Shown here: positions 6,413 to 11,888 of the stretch, piece by piece
Numbering within the stretch: the first letter of the stretch is position 1
Layout: every line of letters starts with the position of its first letter
Assembly: GCA_039589315.1 (NCBI GenBank)
Contig: JBDHHQ010000119.1
Coordinates: forward strand, 1 to 11,888
Reading direction: 5' to 3'
Source: Gemmatimonadota bacterium
GTDB lineage: Bacteria; Gemmatimonadota; Gemmatimonadetes; Longimicrobiales; Gaopeijiaceae
Length of the DNA: 11,888 nucleotides
The notes under the pieces: generated by a model
What the model was told of the DNA's origin: nothing
Databases searched by the model: none
Seen by the model: only the letters and a program-made list of their open reading frames with translations
Program-made: the position numbers and the translations under genes

Positions 6413-8359
6413 CTACCGAATCCGGACCGGCACTATCGTGACGGGATTCTCGCGCCCGGGTATCCTGGTGGTGATCTGCAGCACCAGATCCTCGGGCTGG
6501 TCGGGGCTGATCTCGAAGTCGTACGTCTCCCCGGCACCGAGGAACTGTTCGGATGGAACGGTAATGGCCTGATGCGCCGCGAGGTCCGCGCCGTCCTTGC
6601 CGTACCGCCTCCACGTCGACAGCTCCTCTCCCGTGAGGAGCCGGATGTCTTGGTTGTTACTCGGCGTGATGTTGATGAACCGCAACCGATAGGTCTTCCC
6701 CACCTCCAGGTCCATCGGCGGCGGGGCGGCGCTGCCGTTGAGGAACGGCGGCGCGTCGTTGCCCGGTCCTCCCCAGCCCATGAGGAAGATGCGGTCCGTG
6801 TCCGGATCGTAATCCTCGCCCGGCTCCAGCACGATGAGAGGCGCGTACAGGCCCGAGGACAGCTGGGCCGACTCCTCCATGTGGGTGTGGTAGATGAACG
6901 TGCCGGCCCGGTCGGGCGTGAACCGAACGACGAACGAATCGCTCGCGGCGATCGCGGGCGTCAGCCGAGAGCCTGCACCGCTCCACCCGGCGATCCCGTC
7001 GTAGTAGCTGTCCAACTCGATCCCGTGCCAGTGGACCGTGATGGGCACGGGGGTCCGGTTGAGCACGGTGATCTCGACCGGCTCATCCTTCGTGAGGATG
7101 ATGGGCGTGCCGGGAATCCGGATGGAGTCCAAAGCGGGCGGCTCGGGACCCTCCTGAAGGATGTATCCGAACCCCGGATCGTCCCCGAAATAGCCATCCC
7201 GGGCATTCGCAAAGATGCGTAGCTGGCGGCGCTCTGCGTTCGGGTCTTCCCTCAGTCCCTTCCCCTCCGGATCACGTACCAACACGCCCATCATCAGGCC
7301 GGCCATGCCCTGATACGCATGTTCGTGGAGCTGCTCGTGGCCTCGGTCCTCGATGTCCGGATAGGTGCCTTCGGCTCCGTGCACGATTGTCGACGGATCG
7401 TCCAGGACGTGCTGATCGGGGCTGATGTGCGCGATGAAGTGACAGTGAAAGAGCCAGTGGCCCGGGCGCTTGGGAAGCCAGCTCAGCGCCATCGTGGTGC
7501 CCCCCCTCATGTTCTCCGTCACTGCGAGTCGCTGCTGCGCGGTGGTGTAGACGGTGTCGAGCTGCGCGTCCCCCCGCGCATCGACGCGGTAGTAGAACCC
7601 GTGCAGGTGCATCGGGTGGGACCTCGGGGTCCCGTTGATGACGCGGATGTGCACTGAATCCCCGACCACGGCATCCATGGGCTTCGTAAACGGCCAGGAA
7701 AGCCCATTGATCGTGTGCGTGTGACGGACGTGCTCCGCCCCTGCCTCCCTGTCCTCCCGGTTCACCCACAGCCCGATGAACAGCACTTCGTCTTGCACTC
7801 GGGCGCCCGGCGGATCGACGACGATGGCTCCCTTCAGCTGGCCGTCCTCGAAGACGCCGAGCCCTCTCCGGTCCCCGCTGGTTCGACCCCGGTAGAAATA
7901 GGATCCCACCTCGCTTAGCGTGAACCGCACCTCGTGCGTCTCACCCGGCGGTACGTCGATGGGATCGGGCGGCGGCTGGCCTCGGTCGTGGAGCCCTCGG
8001 ACCAGGAGGGCCCGATCCAGGGAGTTGGTGACGTACGCGTGCACCTCGGTGCCGACCGGCACGCGGATCAGGGGCCCGGGGTTCTGCGGCGGTCCGCCCT
8101 CCACCCCGAAAGCCTCGATTGGAAACCCCGGCCCACTTTCCCCCTGTGGATGGAAAGACCCCGTCTTTGCCTCGAGCCGGAGCGTTAACACGCCATCCTT
8201 CAAATTGCCCGCCGGTGTGCGGTTGTCGTTCGGCAGCACCAGATCTCCTTGACCAAGGACCGGCGTGGCGCCGTAGCCGAAGGCCAGGAGCATGATCGCT
8301 GACAAGACGGTCATCCTGGGGAGCCTGGTGGGATGTAGGGATGGGGAAGGGGCGGGCAT
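6413..8359 (-). CDS. Secreted multicopper oxidase-family protein, apparently four cupredoxin domains (648 aa)
   Basis: Signal-peptide-like N terminus and an AGGA Shine-Dalgarno-like site upstream. Copper motifs HPMHLHG (7598..7618), HCHFIAH (7427..7447), HAYQGM (7304..7321), HWHG (7022..7033), HTH tripeptide (6881..6889). Confidence 0.9.
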   Translation of the reverse strand: MPAPSPSLHPTRLPRMTVLSAIMLLAFGYGATPVLGQGDLVLPNDNRTPAGNLKDGVLTLRLEAKTGSFHPQGESGPGFPIEAFGVEGGPPQNPGPLIRVPVGTEVHAYVTNSLDRALLVRGLHDRGQPPPDPIDVPPGETHEVRFTLSEVGSYFYRGRTSGDRRGLGVFEDGQLKGAIVVDPPGARVQDEVLFIGLWVNREDREAGAEHVRHTHTINGLSWPFTKPMDAVVGDSVHIRVINGTPRSHPMHLHGFYYRVDARGDAQLDTVYTTAQQRLAVTENMRGGTTMALSWLPKRPGHWLFHCHFIAHISPDQHVLDDPSTIVHGAEGTYPDIEDRGHEQLHEHAYQGMAGLMMGVLVRDPEGKGLREDPNAERRQLRIFANARDGYFGDDPGFGYILQEGPEPPALDSIRIPGTPIILTKDEPVEITVLNRTPVPITVHWHGIELDSYYDGIAGWSGAGSRLTPAIAASDSFVVRFTPDRAGTFIYHTHMEESAQLSSGLYAPLIVLEPGEDYDPDTDRIFLMGWGGPGNDAPPFLNGSAAPPPMDLEVGKTYRLRFINITPSNNQDIRLLTGEELSTWRRYGKDGADLAAHQAITVPSEQFLGAGETYDFEISPDQPEDLVLQITTRIPGRENPVTIVPVRIR

Positions 8360-8493
8360 ATGACTTTCCTGGTCCGACGGGGGACGCTAGGGCTTCTGTC
8401 TTGGCTCGGACTGCGGCGCAGAGTGCTGGGCCCAGTGAAAACGTCACGTGGCCTGCCGGAGCCTCAGCAATACTCTATCCCTGCGCGGGCAAG

Positions 8494-8548
8494 TGCAAGC
8501 TGTGCGTTCTCTAAAAGATGTCGCATGCGCTCTCTAAACTTTGTCGCA
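8494..8548. repeat. IS21 right end (IRR) with two 23-bp transposase-binding repeats
   Basis: TG at 8494, then TGCGTTCTCTAAAAGATGTCGCA (8503..8525) and TGCGCTCTCTAAACTTTGTCGCA (8526..8548), 19/23 identical. Confidence 0.75.
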
Positions 8549-8570
8549 TGCGGGGCGTGAACGGCGGGGC

Positions 8571-9368
8571 CTAGGCGGCCCCTGTCTTGGCGGTTCCCTC
8601 CTGTGGTTTGAGGTGACGAGTGCGGTAGGACGACCCGCGGAGGGCGAAGTGGGTTCCGCGCTCGAGGACCCGGTCCAGAATGGCCTCTGCCAGATCTCCA
8701 TCGTGCAGCATCTGACCGAGGGCGGCCAGGGGCTTGTTGGTCGTGAAGACCATGGGCTGGCCCTGCAAGTAGCGGTCATTGACGACGCGGTAGAGGACGT
8801 TGGCGGCGTCGGCGGCGTAGCTCTGGTAGCCCAGCTCGTCGATGACGAGGACGTGGGGGTGGACATAGGGCTCGAGCGCGTCAGCGTCCAAGCGGTCCTG
8901 GGCAGCAGCTCGAGAGAGGTCGCCGATGAGCTCGTCAGCCGTGGTGAAACGGGCGTCGAAGCCGTTCTGGATGGCCCGGTAGGCGAGGGCCACCGCCAAA
9001 TGGGTCTTCCCTCGGCCCGGCGGTCCGCTGAAGATGGCCGAGCGCCTCTCGGTGACGAACTCCGGCCCGAGGAAGCTACCGAGCATCTTGAGCCGCACGG
9101 AGCTCTGGAAGGTGAAGTCGAACTCCTCGATGGTTCTGAGGAACGGGAACTTGGCCTTGCGGACGGAGCGTGTGATACGGGTCTGGGCGCGGTGCGCGAT
9201 CTCCTCGGACATGAGGATCTCGAGGTAGGCTCGGTAGCTCATCTGCTCGTCCTCGGCCCGGACAGCGAGCTCGCCGTAAAGGCGCCGGACGGTGGGCAGA
9301 TGCAGCCGCTTCAGCATGCCGTCGAGGTCCGCAGGCGGCACGGGTGGAACCGCAGGCCGGGCGCTCAT
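8571..9368 (-). CDS. istB: IS21 helper AAA+ ATPase IstB
   Basis: Walker A GPPGRGKT, Walker B VLVIDELG, TTN sensor, AILDRV and GSSYR C-terminal motifs. Confidence 0.95.
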   Translation of the reverse strand: MSARPAVPPVPPADLDGMLKRLHLPTVRRLYGELAVRAEDEQMSYRAYLEILMSEEIAHRAQTRITRSVRKAKFPFLRTIEEFDFTFQSSVRLKMLGSFLGPEFVTERRSAIFSGPPGRGKTHLAVALAYRAIQNGFDARFTTADELIGDLSRAAAQDRLDADALEPYVHPHVLVIDELGYQSYAADAANVLYRVVNDRYLQGQPMVFTTNKPLAALGQMLHDGDLAEAILDRVLERGTHFALRGSSYRTRHLKPQEGTAKTGAA

Positions 9369-10318
9369 GACACCTGCTCCCGGGTTGCCAGCTCTACGAC
9401 GTACTCAGAGCCGTAGAGCTGCTGGAAAAGCGCTCTCTGCAGGAGACGGCGGAAGGTCGGCTCGCCCAGCTCCTCCAGGAGCATGAACAGGCGCTCCACG
9501 TCGCCCTTCCAGGTCCGGGGCCGGGCGTGGATGAGCTCGGTCAGGTAGCTCTCGCCCACCGGGCCCAGCTCCAGGATGCGTTCCCGCATGAAGTAGAGTC
9601 GCTTGCGGGCTCCCGCCACGGCCGCCAGCTGCTCAGCCCGTTGACCCGGCAGGTAGCTGATCCGGCCGAACTCGGGAAAGCGTGGATGCGTGGCCTCGAA
9701 GCGGCCACCGCCCGTGACGATCTGGACCCGCTCAGGGTAGAGGTGCAGCGTCGCCGGGATCCCGCACGCCCCGGCCGGCATCGCGTAGCGGACGCCACCG
9801 AAGTCCACGAGCGCCGTTGGCCCTACGTGCACCGGGTAGCGGAGCGCGTACTCGGCCGGCGGCACCGCCAGCGGCTTCATCCGCTCGAGCTCACGTGCCA
9901 GGCGGAGCTTCGGGACCTCCCCTGTCGCCCGGTTTGGCCGCTCTTCGTTCACCTCCACCAGCCATTCGAGCAGCTGACGGGGCAGGTCGCTCTCGACGTC
10001 GGTGAACCGGCGCGCCCGGAAGAAGCGGCGCTTCACGAAGCCCACCCCGTTCTCGACTGAGCCCTTCTGCTCCGGGCTCCGAGGCGCACACAGCTCGATC
10101 GTGAACCCGTAGTCGATCGCCGTCTGTGCCAGCGTCTGATTCCAGATCGGACGGCCGTCCCTCTCCTGGCCCACGACCACCGTCCTAGGCCGGTCGAAGA
10201 CCACCCGCAGAGGCACCCCGCCCGAGGCCTCGAACGCCCCCAGCAGGGTCCGGATCAGCGACTCCACCCGCTCGTTCGGCACCAGCGTCACCCACACCCA
10301 GCGCGAGTACTTCAGCCG
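9365..10318 (-). pseudogene. istA: IS21 transposase IstA, 5'-truncated
   Basis: RLKYSR..., GGVP..VVFDRPR and P..PEQKGSVENGV are IstA-like. The N-terminal HTH and the first catalytic Asp region are missing. The ORF-track N terminus (10319..10555) is foreign sequence. Confidence 0.85.
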
Positions 10319-10449
10319 ATAGACCGAGACCCCACAAGCGCCCTCGCACCCTTTCTTCCCCGTATGCGCGAGGGGCTGCGCTGCGGAAACAGCGGTGGAG
10401 ACTCCGGTGAAAATCGGCGGTGAAAAGGCCGGTTGGGGAGCGAAACTAG
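10319..10449. other. 130-bp orphan junction segment between two truncated recombinase genes
   Basis: Contains the inverted homologue of 61..115 (10329..10396) and three CGGTG(G/A)A units at 10393, 10405 and 10418 (12-13 bp period). Confidence 0.55.
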
Positions 10450-11069
10450 CGGTGCCCGGTCGCGTCGACGGACCGCTGCGAAGCCATCCGGACGGTGAGC
10501 GACCAGGTGATGATGGAGATTCGGTGGAACGGCCGGCGTGAGCAGCAACGATCATACCTCACCGAACTGCTCGACCTCGTCCACTGGACTGGCCGCCGCA
10601 TCGGTGCGGTTCGGCAGCTCACGTTCGATGACCTGCGGCTAGGGCAGGGCCCGCACGGGTGCATCCGGTGGCCGGCCGACACCGACAAGCAGGGCAGGGA
10701 GACGCTGGTGCCGATCAGCGCACCGGCTAGGGCCGCGCTCGATCGGATCGCCGCTGAGCGGCCGGGCATCGGGCCGGTCCCGCTATTCCCAAGCCCGCAT
10801 GATCCACGAAGCCCGTGCGGTACGAGGTCACCCGTTCATGGCTGCTCGAGGCCGAGCGGCTGGCGAAGGTGGAGACGCAGCAGGGCTCATCCTGGCACGC
10901 GTACCGTCGCGGTTGGGCCACGAGCCGGAAGCGACTGCCGGACGTGGACGTGGCAGCGGCCGGTGGTTGGAAGTCGCTGGACGCTTTGAAGCAGTGCTAT
11001 CAGATGGCGGACAGCGCCACGATGCAGGCCGTGGTGGACTCGACGGACGAACTGCGGGAAGCGAAGTGA
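10450..11069 (+). pseudogene. Second tyrosine integrase, N-terminally truncated and frameshifted
   Basis: TGRRIGAVRQL and DTDK lie in one frame, WHAYRR, GGW and CYQ in another. Adding 1 nt near 10805 restores PSPHDPTKPVRYEV. Clearly homologous to integrase 1 (TGHRIGAIRQL, WHSLRR, GGWK, CYQ). In-frame TAG at 10447..10449 upstream. Confidence 0.88.
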
Positions 11070-11092
11070 TCCTTGCACACATCCTTGCACAC
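11069..11092 (+). repeat. Perfect 12-bp tandem ATCCTTGCACAC, arm-like site of integrase 2
   Basis: Starts at the integrase 2 stop codon, the same position as CGACACAC x2 after integrase 1. Confidence 0.65.
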
Positions 11093-11146
11093 CCGGCTCT
11101 TTCGGAGGCTGTCGAAACTCAGTAACCTTAACGGCACCAAAACCAT

Positions 11147-11219
11147 GCGGGTGTAGCTCAGTTGGTAGAGCATCAGCTTCCCAAGCTGAGGGTCGCCGGT
11201 TCGAATCCGGTCGCCCGCT
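11147..11219 (+). tRNA. tRNA-Gly(CCC)
   Basis: Full cloverleaf: GCGGGTG/CGCCCGC acceptor stem, GCTC/GAGC D stem, TCAGC-TTCCCAA-GCTGA anticodon arm, GCCGG-TTCGAAT-CCGGT T arm, discriminator T. CCA is not encoded. Confidence 0.96.
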
Positions 11220-11226
11220 CCTTCGA

Positions 11227-11268
11227 AAAACCAGTCACCGCAACGACTTACAGCGGTGGCTGGTTTTC
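11227..11268 (+). terminator. Stem-loop after tRNA-Gly, probable terminator
   Basis: AAAACCAGTCACCGC / GCGGTGGCTGGTTTT 15-bp stem with an 11-nt loop. Confidence 0.6.
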
Positions 11269-11290
11269 GTTGCCTCTCAGTCTTGGCTTT

Positions 11291-11310
11291 GTGGGACCAT
11301 CCCGTGGGAC
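11291..11310 (+). repeat. Tandem GTGGGAC, arm-like site 3' of tRNA-Gly
   Basis: Units at 11291 and 11304 (13-bp period), about 70 bp after the tRNA. Confidence 0.45.
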
Positions 11311-11702
11311 AAACGATTCGGAGGGAATGGTGCGGCCAGGAAACCCCGGTGCAGGTTCCTCCGCCGCCCGCACAGCATGGCCGACGCCAAAGAGAGTACT
11401 GCGATCCTCCAAGTTGAGCGATCACGTCCTTCTCCGAGTCTATGAAGTCCTGTTCATCCGAGGCAGTGAACACCCCCCGCTTGACGAGATTCTTCGTCCC
11501 CTTCTTGAAGTGTGAGACCTTTCGAGAAGCCGCGTTCGGCTTACGCTCCTCATCCGGCTTCTTCGCGTCGGCAACCCGGGCGCCGAGCGAGTCGCCCTGA
11601 CCCAGCCCGGTCGCCCGCTTCGTCCGGAACGATGGCCCCGCAGGCTGTTGATAGCTTTCCGGGGTAGCTTGCTTTCAGAACCACCCCACGCCCCGTCCAA
11701 TA

Positions 11703-11888
11703 GCACCAACCGGGGAAGAGGCACAGGAGGGCATCGAGCGCTTCGAGGCCGAGTACGGGGCGAAGTATCCGAAGGCAGTCGAATCGCTCAGGCGCGACGA
11801 GGGCCGACTCCTGACGTTCTTCGACTTCCCTGCCGAGCACTGGAAGCACATCCGCACGACGAACCCGATCGAGTCGTCGTTCTCGACG
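11703..11888 (+). pseudogene. IS256-family transposase fragment, 5'-truncated, runs off the window
   Basis: Translation APTGEEAQEGIERFEAEYGAKYPKAVESLRRDEGRLLTFFDFPAEHWKHIRTTNPIESSFST carries the IS256 signature FP..HW..IRTTN.IE. In-frame stops at 11649..11654 upstream. Not in the ORF track. Confidence 0.88.

Larger units (their letters stand above)
8494..10318 (-). mobile_element. IS21-family element, left end and 5' part of istA deleted
   Basis: istA/istB pair with an ATGA overlap and a right end with terminal TG plus tandem binding repeats. No matching left end in the window. Confidence 0.85.

Noticed and set aside
6024..6572. ORF 6024..6572
   Set aside because: It crosses repeats and a hairpin and overlaps the oxidase antisense, with no recognisable domain.
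8470..8498. Hybrid promoter from the IS21 end driving the oxidase (TTGCAC ... TAGAGT on minus strand)
   Set aside because: The spacer is only 15 bp and the -10 match is weak, so it cannot be supported without transcript data.
6380..9416. Long plus-strand ORFs 6380..7222 and 8541..9416
   Set aside because: Antisense shadows of the oxidase and istB in GC-rich DNA, with no recognisable motifs.
10319..10555. ORF-track N-terminal extension of IstA
   Set aside because: Low-complexity read-through across the junction segment and antisense to integrase 2, not IstA-like.
11162..11515. ORF 11162..11515
   Set aside because: It starts inside tRNA-Gly and runs through its terminator.

Overview
GC-rich accessory region made of stacked, partly decayed integrative elements. 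The kinase and integrase families suggest a Gemmatimonadota-like host (inference only). From left to right: (i) the end of an integrative element with a 5'-truncated primase/helicase-associated ATPase gene, a 200-bp dyad-symmetric iteron-like region, an excisionase-like HTH gene and an intact tyrosine integrase ending at a tRNA-Val(TAC) 3'-half att repeat; (ii) an integrase-less 3.15-kb islet between two 50-bp tRNA-Val att repeats, with matching arm-like sites, carrying only a membrane Ser/Thr kinase with a TolB-like propeller; (iii) a multicopper oxidase with an unusual four-domain, reversed copper-motif order; (iv) a left-truncated IS21 (istB intact, istA partial), joined through a 130-bp orphan segment to a truncated, frameshifted second integrase that abuts the 5' end of an intact tRNA-Gly(CCC); (v) an IS256 transposase fragment at the right edge.
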